Assembly: GCF_009914755.1 (NCBI RefSeq)
Contig: NC_060939.1
Source: the human T2T-CHM13v2.0 reference genome, Homo sapiens
Length of the DNA stretch: 64,000 bases
Direction: 5' to 3' (one strand)
This document shows positions 1 through 12,470 of this stretch, piece after piece. The position numbers and the translations under genes were made by a program. The number at the start of each line of letters is the position of its first letter. Position 1 is the stretch's first letter. The notes beneath the pieces were generated by a model, which was not told where the DNA came from, ran no database searches, and saw nothing but the letters and a program-made list of their open reading frames with translations.

Positions 1-1054
1 GTAAACATTATCAAGTCCAACACCGTATTTTAGCTAGGATATTAGAAGCCTTAAGAAGTTAAGGGTTTTCATCAAGGTCATGCATTTCCTTTTGACAAAC
101 CTGGGCTCAAGTATCAACCTCACTGGTCACTGATCTTTCCCCTAATCCCCATTGTCTCAGTTAAGACTTAGATAATGCTAGTAACTTCTCACTTATTACT
201 CAAATCAAGGACTTAATGTGTTTATAAAAATGAATTTGTAAAGATATGTGGCTTATAAAATAAAACTGTAAAGATAGCCACCCGTGTGTGTATGTGTGTG
301 TGTCTTCTTTCCTGAACTGGCAGTGGAACTGAAGATCCTTGGAATGACTTTTAAAGAAGTTATAAGCCTGTATAACTAGGAGCTTAAAAAAATGATGGCA
401 GATTCTTTATTATAGCCATGCCATTGAGCAGCCCTATAATATAACATTTTAGGTGAAAAGTAACATTTAGACAGGCTATTTTTCTAGCAACTGATTTCAA
501 GGTCAAATACATTTCTTCTTCATGTTTTGGAAGTGCCTATATTGAAGGCAAAATGAGAAAAGACAAGTCAATGTATTTTTAAATGACAGAATTCTGTGTC
601 TTAAAAAAGGTGAACATTGAACAATTTGAAATTGTTACTATAACAGTGGTAAACCTAGTTATTTTCCATGCTTTAAATGCTCTGTGCAAGAGCAGAATAA
701 TTGCCTGAGACGATGTTATAGAATAAATGACCCAGATGCAGTTTGGATTTTGCAGTCTCCTTGTGAATTATTCTCAGCTGCCTATATAAATGACTGCAAT
801 ATTGTGTACTTAATCATCAGCAAATGGAAGTTTCCAGAAGAAAAACTGTGCTATAGATTATAGCACACTCTGACATGAAGGGAAGTTAATTCCCAGAACT
901 TAATTATATTAACATCCCAGAAAAGGTCAAAGAGCAGAGTAGTCTATAGTTAGTATCCTAGTCCTATATTTGTTATCCTGAGAAAATCAATTTAGAACTA
1001 GGACTGAATTCCAATTTATGACAGCAACAACAATGCCTTACATTTGGATAATGC

Positions 1055-1169
1055 TTCTTTAACAAACTTTCATCTATATTATATTAACTGATCTAATGAA
1101 AGGAGAAGATACATAAATAGTAGAGAAAGAATATGACATAGAAATCATTTGCTTTGGACTTTGCATTGT
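1055..1169. repeat. 115-bp direct repeat, copy 1 (copy 2 at 1926-2040)
   Basis: ttctttaacaaactttcat...gactttgcattgt occurs twice; about 8 mismatches in 115 bp, no gaps. Confidence 0.95.
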
Positions 1170-1363
1170 TTTTGGCAATTTTACGTGATGTCATCATTTT
1201 GAAGTGAACAGTAATTGTCATCCTGAGGAGTTGTTCTTTTGGAATATCCTCATGTCTTTGTCTTCTTAAATAATCCAGCTCATTTCATGGATAATATAAA
1301 CTTCCTTCAGCTCTCAACTTTACATTCTCAGAAATATTCCAGATCATCTCCAATTTATCACTC

Positions 1364-1878
1364 TTTTTTTTAGAGTAACAGATTTTATTTAATTAAAGTA
1401 GATTAAAAACAGACTATAAAATAATTAGCATTCTCAATAATTTACTATTATTTACATTAGCAAATGTCGGTCGTTAGTAGAACCTGTGAGGAGAGAAGCT
1501 GACAGAACTGGGACCCTCCACTGTAGGCAAGGGAGCCCCGGCTTCCCTCTTGCTTCTCGGTCTTTCAGGTTCATTATGGCAGCTCCATCACTGAAGGCAC
1601 CAGGGCAGTGACTACAGCACCGGGACCCATGCTGAAGGCCAAGAGACCTCAAAAGCCAGGAAGAAATTCCTTTCCTCTGGGGAGAATCATCAACGCTCAG
1701 TCAAAGCTCAGATGGGCACCTGGTTGGCAATGCTTTTGCCCTCCCTGTAGCCAGTACTCCCCACTGTGCTGGGCCTTCTGCAAGTACTCTTTGGGTTGAC
1801 CCAAACTCAGTTTCTACATAACCTCTCCTCCATCCCCTCCCACGGCAACCGCACAAAACATTTTAGGGAGGATTTTGA
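1364..1878 (-). pseudogene. 5'-truncated processed retrocopy of an unidentified mRNA 3' UTR
   Basis: GC-richer ~510-bp block flanked by TSD caatttatc(c)actctt (1351-1365 / 1879-1894); T8 tract at 1364-1371; minus-strand AATAAA at 1384-1389; endonuclease-like TCTT/AA site. Confidence 0.8.
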
Positions 1879-1925
1879 CAATTTATCCACTCTTAAATGC
1901 TGATCTATCCTTTTATGTTTCCTGA

Positions 1926-2040
1926 TTCTTTAACAAACTTTCATATATGTTATTTTAACTGATTTAATGAAAGGAGAGGATACATAAATAATAGAGAAAG
2001 AATAGGACATAGAAATCATTTGCTTTTGACTTTGCATTGT
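1926..2040. repeat. 115-bp direct repeat, copy 2
   Basis: About 93% identical to 1055-1169. Confidence 0.95.
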
Positions 2041-2877
2041 CAAAACCTATGACCTATTTAGTTCTGAGTTTCTACTCCCATTATTTCTCTTCCTATTTTC
2101 TCACTATAGCTCCCATTTTTTTCTTTATAACAAATGTGAAAATAGTTGTTATATATTTTCTTATTGTTTTCCTCACTGGAGTATTATAAGCTCCATCATG
2201 GCAGTGACTGAATCAATTTCAGGACTGTACAGTTAGTAATGGCCAGAGTGCTTAGCACATATTAGATGGTTAATAAAACTAGTTAAATAATGAAATCAAT
2301 TACTGAATTTGTGTTACTAATTCAGCACTTGTAAATAAATTAAAATTATACCCTAACTCATATCATATTAAATAATTTTCAAATGAACTATAGATTCAGA
2401 AGTAATGAAAAAGAAACTACAAAATGTCTTGAGTTAAATATTAGTAAATATTATAAAATTTTAGTGTGGTAAAGAGCTTTCCTTGTCTATATTTTCCCCC
2501 ATCTCCTCCACTTTTTTATTTCTTCTTTTTCTCTTCCTCTTTCTTTTTCTTATATTTTTATAAAAAAACTTATAAAAATCATACACGTTTATTATCTTTT
2601 TAAAATACCAAAAGATTATGAAGAAGATGAATCTCTTCATAGTCCATGCACTTCCCACCCAACACAAACCAAGATATCTTTTTTTTTTTTTTTTTGCTTT
2701 TCATTTAAGAAGAAAATTTTGTATATGGGCGAGAAGTTGGGATAATCTCAGAAGTGACTGACAAATTTTACTGTGTATAATTTAAAATCATCTACACATC
2801 GAATCCATATGAAAGTTAAAGGGCATATGACACACTTCAAAAAATACTTTTAAGTCACATTAAAACCATTATGATCT

Positions 2878-3340
2878 GTAGTAGATGTAAGATGGAAGCA
2901 AATTATTTGTCACTCCTCCATTGAGAGGTATCCTTTATTTCCTATCCTCTTGTATCTGGGCTGGCTCTGTAGCTGACCCTAAGTCCTACTATTCCATGAA
3001 GAGGGAGAGAGGGTCAAGCATCTGAGCTTCCATTTCAGCCTCCAAATAAATCCAGCCTGAGATGCCAATGATGGCATACTTGAGAGACATCCCAAGGGAA
3101 ATTAGAAGGAGAATTATCTTACTGATCCCAGTCAATTCCACAACTGGGAGATATAATAAAAAGGTTGATGTTTAAGATCTGTACCAAAATATCTCATGTA
3201 CTCTAAAAATATATACAGCTAGTATGCACACGCAAAATTTTAAAAAAATTTAAGGTGCTGCCATAATGAAAAACCTAAACCACATGCCACTGGCTTTGGA
3301 ACTAGATCAGGAGTCAAAGCTGGAAGGAACTCAAGAAGAC
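2878..3340 (+). mobile_element. Degraded MLT1-type (MaLR) LTR plus start of internal sequence
   Basis: MLT1-like motifs tttgtcactcctccattgagagg, tctgggctggctctgt, and internal start ggtgctgccataa...tggctttggaact. Confidence 0.5.
3178..3250 (+). mobile_element. Very short L1MA-type 3' terminal fragment inserted in MLT1
   Basis: ctgtaccaaaatatctcatgtac...atatatacagctagtatgcacacgcaaaat plus A tail; tttaag on both sides. Confidence 0.65.
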
Positions 3341-3519
3341 TGCGAAAGTTGGTTTAATCATAAACTCAATTGTACCCTCAAGACATAGCACAGTGTCCAG
3401 AAAATGGTATAGATGCTAAGTGTCTGATGAATAAACAAATGAAGTCTTATAAGCTAACAAGTAAGATGAGTATCTCTTTTACTCATGTTATAAGATGGGT
3501 ACAAGATGGGCAAAAAGAA

Positions 3520-5763
3520 TGTTTTAGTCTGCTCTTAAACCACTAATAAAGACACACTTGAGACTGGGTAATTAAAAAGGAAAGATATTTAATGGACTCA
3601 CAGCTCCACATGGCTGGGGAGGCCTTACAGTCATGGCAGAAGGCAAAGGAGAAGCAAAGGCATGTTTTACGTGGTGGGAGGCAAGACAGCGTGTGCAGGG
3701 GAACTCCCTTTTATAAAACCAAAAGTTCTGAAATAATCTCCTTTGACTCTATGTCTCACATCCAGGTCTTGTTGATGTAAGAAGTGGGTTCCCGCAGTCT
3801 TGGGCCACTCTGCCCTTATGGCTTTGCAGGTACAGCCCCCCTCCCAGCTGCTTTCACGGGATGGTGTTGAGTGCCTGATGCTTTTTTAGGTGCATGGTGC
3901 AAGCTATTGGTTGATCTACCATTTGACGGGGATAGAGAATGGTAGTGCTCTTCTCACAACTCCACTAGGCATTGCCCCAGTGGGGACTCTGTATGGGGGC
4001 TTCAATCCCACATTTCCCTTCCACACTGCCCTAGCAGAGGTTCTCCATGAGGGCCCCACCCCTGCAGCAAACTTCTCCCTGGACATCCAAGAGTTTTCAT
4101 GCATCCTCTGAAATCTAGGTGGAGGTGGCCAAACCTCAATTATTGGCTTCTGTGCACCACAGGCCCAACACCACACGTAATCCACCAAGGCTTGGGACTT
4201 ACACCCTCTGAAGCAATGGCCTGAGCTGTACATTGGCCCTTTTTAGCCATTGCTGGAGCTGAAGCAGCTGGGATAAAGGGCACCATGTTGCCAGGCTGAA
4301 TAAAGCAGGGGGGGCCCTGAGCCTCGCCCATGAAGCCATTTTTCCCTCTTAGGCCTCCAGTCCTGTAGTTGGAGGGCCTGACAGGAAGGTCTCTGACATG
4401 CCCTGCAGACATTTTCCCCATTGTCTTGGTGAATAACATTTGGCCTCTAGGTACTTATGCAAATTTCTGCAGCTGGCTTGAATTTCTCCTTAGAAAATGG
4501 AATTTTTTATTGCATTGTCAGGCTGCACATGTTCTGAACTTTTATGCTCTGCTCCTCTTTTAAACATAAGTTCCAATTGCAAGTTATATCTTTGTGAATA
4601 CATAAAACTGAATGCTTTTAACAGCATCCAAGTCACATCCTGAATGCTTTGTTGTTTAGAAATTTCTTCTGGCCGATACCCTAAATCATCTCTCTCCAGT
4701 TTAAAGTTCCACAGATCTCTAGGGTAGGGGCTAAATGCCACCAGTCTCTTTGCTAAAGCATGACAAGAATCACCTTTGCTCCAGTTCCCAACAAGTTCCT
4801 CATCTCCATCTGAGACCATCTCAGCCTAAACTTTATTTTCATGTCACTATCAGCATTTTGGTCAAAGACATTCAACAAGTCTCTAGGAAGTTATAAACTT
4901 TCCCACATCTTCCTGTCTTTTGAGCCCTCGAAACTGTTCCAACTTCTTCCTGTTACCCAGATCCAAAATTGCTTCCACATTTTCAGTTTTCTTTACAGTA
5001 GCTCCCCACTTCCCAGTACCAGTTTACTGTATTAGTCTGTTCTCATGCTGTGAATAAAGACATACCCGAGACTGGGTAATTTATAAAGGAAAGAGGTTAA
5101 TATGGTTTGGTTGTGTTCCCACCCAAATCTCTTTTTGAATTGTAACTCCCACAATTCCCAATTGTCATGAGAGGAACCCAGTGGGAGATGATTGAATTAT
5201 GGGGACAGGTCTTTCCTGTGCTGTTCTCATGATAGTGAATGAGTCTTATGAGATCTGATGGTTTAAAAAACGGGAGTTGCTCTGCACAAGCTCTCTTTGC
5301 CTGCTGCCATCTATGTAAGATGGGACTTGCTCCTCCTTGCCTTCTTCCATGATTGTGAGGCTTCCCCAGCCATGTGGAGCTGTAAGTCCAATTAAACCTC
5401 TTTCTTTCATAAATTGCCCAGTCTCAGGTATATCTTTATCAGCAGCATGAAAACAAACTAATACAAAGGTTTAATGGGCTCACAGTTCCACATGGCTGGG
5501 GAGGCCTCACAATCATGGTGGAAGGCATAAGTGAAGCAAAGGCACATCTTACATGGCAGCAGGCAAGAGAGTGTATACAGGGGAATTCCCCTTTATAAAA
5601 CCGTCAGCTCTTATGAGACTTATTCACTGTCATGAGAACAGCATGGGAAAGACCCACCCCATGATTCAGTTACCTCCCACTGGATCCCTCCCACAACACA
5701 TGGGAATTATGGGACCTTCAATTCAAGATGAGATTTGGGTGGGGACTCAGCCAAACCATATCA
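3520..5763 (-). mobile_element. THE1C-like MaLR element (partial LTR 3520-3720, internal 3721-5027, LTR 5028-5763 interrupted by THE1B)
   Basis: LTR termini tg(t)ttagtc...aaaccatatca; THE1C-type gaagcaaaggcacatcttac; internal ORF remnant VSDGDEELVGNWSKG. Confidence 0.88.
5098..5465 (+). mobile_element. THE1B-like solo LTR nested antisense in the THE1C LTR
   Basis: taatatggtttgg...actaataca; 5-bp TSD gaggt/aaggt; host LTR resumes after it. Confidence 0.9.
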
Positions 5764-7979
5764 ACTTACAAATATGGTGGAAGAGGAAGCAAACATGTCC
5801 TTCTTCAATAGTGGCAGGAAGTAGAAGAATGAGAGCAAAAGGGGAAAAGCCCCTTATAAAACCATCAGATCTCATGAGAACTCACTATCATGAGAACAGC
5901 ATGGAGGTAACTGCCCCCATGATTCAACCACTTCCAACCAGGTCCCTCCCACAAGACATGGGGATTATGGGAACTAAAACTCAAGTTGAGATTTTGGTGG
6001 CGACACAGCCAAACCACATCATTCTGTCCTGGGCTCCTCCCAAATCTCATGTCCTCACATTACAAAACACAATCATGCCTTTCCGATAGTCCCCCAGAGT
6101 CTTAGCTCATTCCAGTATTAACCTGAAAGTCCAAGTCCAAAGTCTCACCTGAGACAAGGGAAGTCCCTCCACCCATGTGCCTGTAAAATCAAAAGCAAGT
6201 TATTTACTTCTTAGAAACAATGGGGGTACAGGCATCAGAAAATATACCCATTCCAAATGGGAGAAATTGGCAAAAGAAAGGGGCTACAGGCCCCATGCTA
6301 GTCCGAAATCCAGTAGGGCAGTAATTAAACCTTAAAGTTCCAAAATGATCTCTTTTGACTCCGTGTCACACATCCAGGGCACGTTAATGCAAAAGGCGGG
6401 CTCCCACAGCCTTGGGCAGCTCTTCCCCTGAAGTTTGCAGAGTACAGCCCTTCTTCCAGCTGCTTTCACAGGTTGGCATTGAGTTTCTGTGGCTTTTCCA
6501 GGCACATAACGGAAGCTGTAGGTGGATCTACCATTCTGAGATCTGGAGGATGATGGCCCTCTTATCACAGCTTCACTAGGTACTGCCCCAGGGGGAACTC
6601 TGTGGGGGCTTCAACACCACATTTCCTTTCCACACTGCCCTAGCAGAGGATCTCCATAAGGGCCCTGCCCTTGCAGCACAATTCCTCCTAGACACGCAGG
6701 CATTTCCACACTTCCTCTGAAATCTAGGTGGAGGTTCCCAAACCTCAATTCTTGACTTCTGTGCACCCACAGGCTCAACACCATATGAAAGCCACCAAGC
6801 CTTGGGTCTTGCATGCTCTGAAGCCATGGCCTGAGCTGTACTTTGGCCCCTTTTAGCTGTGGTTGGAGCAGCTGGGATACAGGGCACCAAATCCCAAGGC
6901 TGCACACAGCAGGGGGGCTTTGATTCTGACCCAGGAAACCATTTTTCCTCATAGGCCTCTGGGCGCTTGATGAGAGGAGATGCCATAAAGTCCTCTGGCA
7001 TGCCCTGGAGACATTTTCTCCATTGCTTTGGTAATTAGCATTCAGCTCCTCATTACTTATGCAAATTTTTGCTGCTAGCTGAATTTCTCCCCAGAAAATG
7101 GGATTTTCTTTTCTACAGCATTGTCAGGCTGCAAATTTTCCAAACTTTTATACTATGTCACCTCTTGAACACTTTGCTGCTGAGAATTTCTTCCACCAGA
7201 TGCCCTAAATCATCTCTCTCAAGCTCAAAGTTTCACAGATCTCTAGGGCAGAGAAAAAACGCCACCATCCTCTTTGCATAGCAAGAGTGACCTTTACTCC
7301 TGTTCCCAACAAGCTCTTCATCTCCATCGGAGACCACCTCAACCTGGACTTCATTGTCCATATCATTATCAGCATTTTGGTCAAAGCCATTCAATAAGTC
7401 TCTAGGAAGTTCCAAACTTATCCACATCGTTCTGTCTTCTGAGCCCTCCAAATCTCTAGGAAGTTCCAAACTTTCCCACATTTTCCTGCCTTCTTCCAAG
7501 TGCCTCCAAACTGTTCCAAACTCTGCCAGTTACCTAGTTCCAAAGTGGCTTCCACATTTTGGGTATCCTTATAGTACTGTCCCACTACCTGGTATGAATT
7601 TCCTGTATTAGTCCATTCTCACACTGCTAGTAAAGACATACCCGAGACTGGGTAATTTTTAAATAAAAGAGGTTTAATTGACTCACAGTTCAGCATGACT
7701 GGGGAGGCCTCAGGAAACTTACACTTATGGCAGAAGGGGAAGCAAACATGTCCCTCTTCACATTGCAGCAGAAAGGAGAAGAATGAGAGCAAAAGGGGAA
7801 AAGCCCTTTATAAAACTTTCAGATCTCATGAGAACTCATTCACTATTCCGAGAATAACATGGAGGTAACCACCCCCATGATTCAATTACCTCCCACCAGG
7901 TACCTCCCACAACATGAGGGGATTATTAGAATTACAATTCAAGATGAGATTTGGTTGGGGACACAGCCAAACCATATCA
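5764..7979 (-). mobile_element. THE1D-like MaLR element (truncated LTR 5764-6021, internal 6022-7603, LTR 7604-7979)
   Basis: caggaaacttac...gaagcaaacatgtcc diagnostic LTR sequence; THE1-internal ORF remnants. Confidence 0.88.
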
Positions 7980-8372
7980 GAGAATAAACTGGCATTTCAC
8001 TCACAATACAAGTATTTCATAGATATATAAAAACTTGCTAAATCTCACTAATATTTGAACAAATTAAAATGGTATCCTGGCTGGAGTTTTAATTCTTTTT
8101 TTGTTTGTTTTGACTATGAAATTGATCAAAAGAAAATGGAATGATACTATTTAGTGTTAGTGACAATCTAGCAAGATGTCCACTATTTGCTTGTGTGACT
8201 GAACATCAGTAAGACATTTTTTAGAGGAAGGTTAACTGTATGTACTAAATGCCTCAAAAATGCATATGCTCTTTGACCCAACAATTGTATTTTTAGAAAA
8301 TTTTCTTGAAAGAAGAAATAAGAATGACACAAAGTTTCAGCAACAAGGATAATCTGAATGCAGCATGATTTT

Positions 8373-8737
8373 ATTGTAATTTTTAAAAATCTGACTTTTA
8401 GTAAAACTATAGATTCAGGTGAAACATGTGTAGGCTTCTTTCATGGATACATTGCATAATGCTGGGGTTTGGGCTTTGATTGAACACATCACCCAAATAG
8501 TGAACATAGTGTCTGATGTTTCAACCCATTCCCAACCTTCTTTCCTCCCCACTTTGGAATCCCCAGTGTCTAATGTTTTCATCTTCATGTCCGTGTGTAC
8601 CCTTTGTTTAGCTCCCACTTATAAGTGAGAATATGTGATATTTGATTTTCTTTTTCTGTGTTAATTTACTTATGAAAATGGCCTATAGCTGCATCTGTGT
8701 TGCTGCAAAGAACATGATTTCATTCTTTTTTATGGTC
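8373..8737 (-). mobile_element. 5'-truncated L1PB-like 3' end
   Basis: L1 3' UTR (gctcccacttataagtgagaatatg); TSD aatgcagcatg at 8357 and 8738. Confidence 0.85.
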
Positions 8738-9119
8738 AATGCAGCATGTTTTTATAATAATAAAAATTTGTTTCTGATTGGTTTAGAAATGAATGTCACT
8801 GTGGTGCAGCAAAAGTGATGTCACACAATTATATTTATGGGCTTGAAAAGATGTTCATAATACATTTCTAAACTAAACAAGCAGATAACACAATGATGTG
8901 TTTGGTATGATTTCATGTTTATTAAAATATCGTGTAATATCTAATATAACAATATGTAATATTATTTACACATATATAACCTTTCATTTCAAAATCTTTT
9001 CTTTCTAGTCTTCCTTTTCACATATATATTGAAAATATATGTATGCTTTTCAAATATATATATTTGAAAAGAAAAAACGTCTGAGAAAGCATCCAAGGGA
9101 GTACTAACATGGTAACTGC

Positions 9120-9262
9120 ATAGCGTGAGTGAGGCTGGAGATGCAGGCAGATACCAGCTCACCCAGGGCCTTCAGTCTGTGGTAGAAAATTTGATTATTT
9201 CCTCTATAGAAGTAAAGAGTCTTTGTAACATTTTAAAGCGGGGTGACAATAAGATTTGGTCA
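9120..9262 (-). mobile_element. L2 fragment (continues at about 11507-11580 after the THE1C insertion)
   Basis: gtgaggctggag...ggcagataccag...ttttaaagcggggtgaca, L2-like. Confidence 0.5.
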
Positions 9263-9267
9263 TAAGT

Positions 9268-11501
9268 TGTATTAGTCTGTTCTCACGCTGCTAATAAAGA
9301 ATACTTGAGACTGGGTAATTTATAAAGGAAAGAGATTTAATGAACTCACAGTTCCACCTAGCTGGGGAGGCCTCACAATCATGGCAGAAGGCAAAGGAGA
9401 AGCAAATGCACAAATTACATGGCAACAGAAAAGAGAGAATGTGCAGGGAATTGCCCTTTATAAAACCATCAGATCTCATAAGACTTATTTACTATCACAA
9501 GAACAGCACAGAAAAAAACACCCCATGAATCAATTACCTCCCACTGGGTTCCTTCCATGACACCTGGGGATTATGGGAACCACAATTCAAGATGGGATTT
9601 AGGTGGAGACACAGCCAAACCATGTCATTCCACCTCTGGCCCCTCCCAAATCTCATGTCCTCACATTTCAAAACCAATTTTGCCTTACCAACTCCCTAAA
9701 GTATTAACTTATTTTGGCATTAACTCAAAAGTCCAAGTCCAAAGTCTCATCTGAGACAAGGCAAGTCTCTTCCATCTATGAGCCTATAAAATCAAAAGCA
9801 AATTAATTACTTCCTAGATACAATGGCGGTACAGGCATTGGATAAATGCTCCTGTTCCACATGGGAGAAATTGGCCACAACAAAGGGGCTACATGCCCCA
9901 TGCAAGTCTGAAATCCAGCGGGGCAGTCAATACTTAAAGCGCCAAAATGATCTCCTTTGACTTCACGTCTCACCTCCAGGTCACGCTGATGAAAGATAGA
10001 GGTTTCCATGGACTTGGGCAGTTCTGGCACTGTGGCTTTCCAGGGTACAGCTTCCCTACTGGTTGCTTTCACAAGCTGGAGTTGAGTGTCTGTGGCTTTT
10101 CCAGGCTCATGGTGCAAGCTGCTGGTGGATCTACCATTCTGGGGTCTGGAGGACTGTGGCTTTCTTCTCACAGCTCTAGTAGATAGTCCCCCAGTGGGGA
10201 CTCTGTTTGGGAGCTCTAACCCCACATTTCCCTTCTGCACTGCCCTAACAGAGGTTCTTCATGAGGGCTCTGCCCCTGCAGCACACCTCTGCCTGGTCAT
10301 CCAGGCATTTCCATACATACTCTGAAATCTAGATGGAGTTTCCCAAACCTCAATTCTTGTCTTCTGTGCACCTGTAGGTCCAACACCATGTGGAAGCTGC
10401 CAAGGATTGGGACTTGCACCATCTGAAGCCATGGCCATACCTTGGCTCCTTTTAGCCATGGCTGAGGTGGCTGGAACACAGGGCACCAAGTCCTTAGGCT
10501 GCACACAGCAAGGGGAGGGTCTGGCCCTGGCCCAGGAAATTATTTTTCCCTCCTAGGCCTCTAGGTCTGTAATGGGAGGCGTGGCCCTGAAGGTGAGACA
10601 TTTTCCCCATTGTCTTGGTGATTAACATTTGGCTTCTTGTTAATTATGCAAATTTCTGCTGCAGGCTTGAATTTCTCCCCAGAAAATGGGTTTTTCTTTT
10701 CTATTGCATTGTCAGTCTGCAGATTTTCCAAACTTTTATCCTCTCCTTCCTCTTGAAGGCTTTGCTGCTTAGAAATTTCTTCTGCTAGATACCTTAAATC
10801 ATCTCTCTCAAGTTCACAGTTCCACAGATCTGTAAGGCAGGGGCAAAATGCCACCAGTCTCTTTGCATAGCAAGAGTGACCTTTACTCCAGTTCCCAAGA
10901 AGTTCCTTATCTCCATCTGACACTGCCACAGTCTGGACTTTAATGTCCATATCACTATTAGCATTGTGGTCAAAGTCATCCAACAATTCTCTAGGAAGTT
11001 ACAAATTTCCCACATCTTCCTGCCTTCTTCTGAGTCCTTCGGACTCTTCCAACCTTTGCCAGTTACCCAGTTCCAAAGTTGCATCCACATTTTCAGGTAT
11101 CTTTATAGCAGCACCCCCCTCTACTGGTACCCGTTTACTGTATTAATCTGTTCTCATGCTGCTCATGAAGACATACCTGAGACTGGGTAGTTTATAAAGG
11201 AAAGAGGTTTAATGGGCTCACAGTTACACATTGCTGGGGAGGCCTCACAATCCTGGCAGAAGGCAAAGGAGAAGCAAAGGCACATCTTACATGGCAGCAG
11301 GTAAGAGAGCATGTGCAGGGGAACTTCCCTTTATAAAATCATCAGTTCTTGTGAGACTTATTTACTGTCACAAGAACAGCACAGGAAAAACTTCCCATGT
11401 GACTTAATTACCTCCCACTGGATCCCTCCCATGACACATGAGGATTATGGGAACTACAATTCAAGATGAGATTTGGGTGGGGACACAGCTAAACCATATC
11501 A
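9268..11501 (-). mobile_element. Full-length THE1C-like element (LTRs 9268-9627 and 11139-11501)
   Basis: Two LTRs flanking about 1.5 kb of THE1 internal sequence; TSD taagt/taagg. Confidence 0.93.
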
Positions 11502-11809
11502 TAAGGAGTGCTGTGTGAAATTATTTTGAGTTAAACAAGAGTGAAAACAAGGAGACCAGTTTCGAAATTATTGTTTTCATCCAAGCTTTGGTCTGTAATC
11601 TAAGCTAGCCTTTGATTCTTGATTTAGGGAAGAATTGTGTTTTCGACTCAGACTTATTTATTAATTTAATGAGGGCATTTGGTGGATGGGGAGGGAGGGG
11701 GTTGGACAAGAAGCAGGTTGAATTAGGAGGATGGCCTACAGAGGGTCCAAGCTCCCAAGCTGTTCTGCATACCTCCCTTCACATAGTGCCCTCACCATGG
11801 CACGCTGTA

Positions 11810-12470
11810 CACCATGTGTGTTGTCTTAAACTTAGATTTCATGACAACCCTAACAGGTGAGTATTATCATCCCATTGCAAAGGTAAGAAAACAGCAGAGT
11901 TTCAAAGAGATAAGTAACTGGCCCCAAATCACACAACTAGGGAGTCAGTGTGCTGCGATTTAAATACTAGGCCATTCAATTCCAAAGCCCTTATGCTTTC
12001 CTTTACACTGTCATTTTTTTCTGAGGGGTTGAACTTTGCTCCAGCGAACTTAACCATCAATCTATAAAAACTCCCTATGTTTGAGGCACTGTGCTAAATG
12101 CCTTTATTACATCATCTCACTGCCTTCCCTACTTTATGAGCAGTGGCTGTAGTATAGTGGCTAAGGACTTGCACTCCAGAGCTAGTCAGTCTGGGCTGGA
12201 ATCCCAGCTACTCCACTTACAAGCTATGTTACCTCAAGCAAGGTATTTAACCTCTCAGGACCCCTGCCTTCATCTTCTACAATATGGTGATAGTAATAGT
12301 ACCTGCTTTCCAGGAAGGCTACAGATTAGGTATTGCAATATAAATTATTCAGAGTAAGGCTTAACACACATTAAGCTTTATTTTTTACTGTAATTCTCCT
12401 TTTAAAGATAAGGAAACAGGCTCACAGAGGTAAACTAACTTGCTCAAGACCATACAACTATAATATTGCA
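11810..12470. mobile_element. Cluster of MIR SINE fragments on both strands
   Basis: MIR core motifs: attatcatcccatt...aagtaactggccccaaatcacacaactag (-), gtagtatagtggctaagg...aatcccagct (+), taaggaaacaggctcacagaggtaaactaacttgctcaagacc (-). Confidence 0.75.

Noticed and set aside
2461-2700. 68-aa Lys/Arg/Phe-rich ORF
   Set aside because: Translation of low-complexity pyrimidine- and AT-rich sequence.
7396-7497. ~55-bp tandem duplication tctctaggaagttccaaact...
   Set aside because: As I recall, this is a common variant within THE1 internal sequences, so it is not locus-specific.
3592-11190. Many 60-180-aa ORFs with recurring motifs (VSDGDEELVGNWSKG, IEVWEPPPRFQ)
   Set aside because: These are frameshifted remnants of the MaLR/THE1 internal ORF and LTR sequence repeated in three elements, not a gene cluster.
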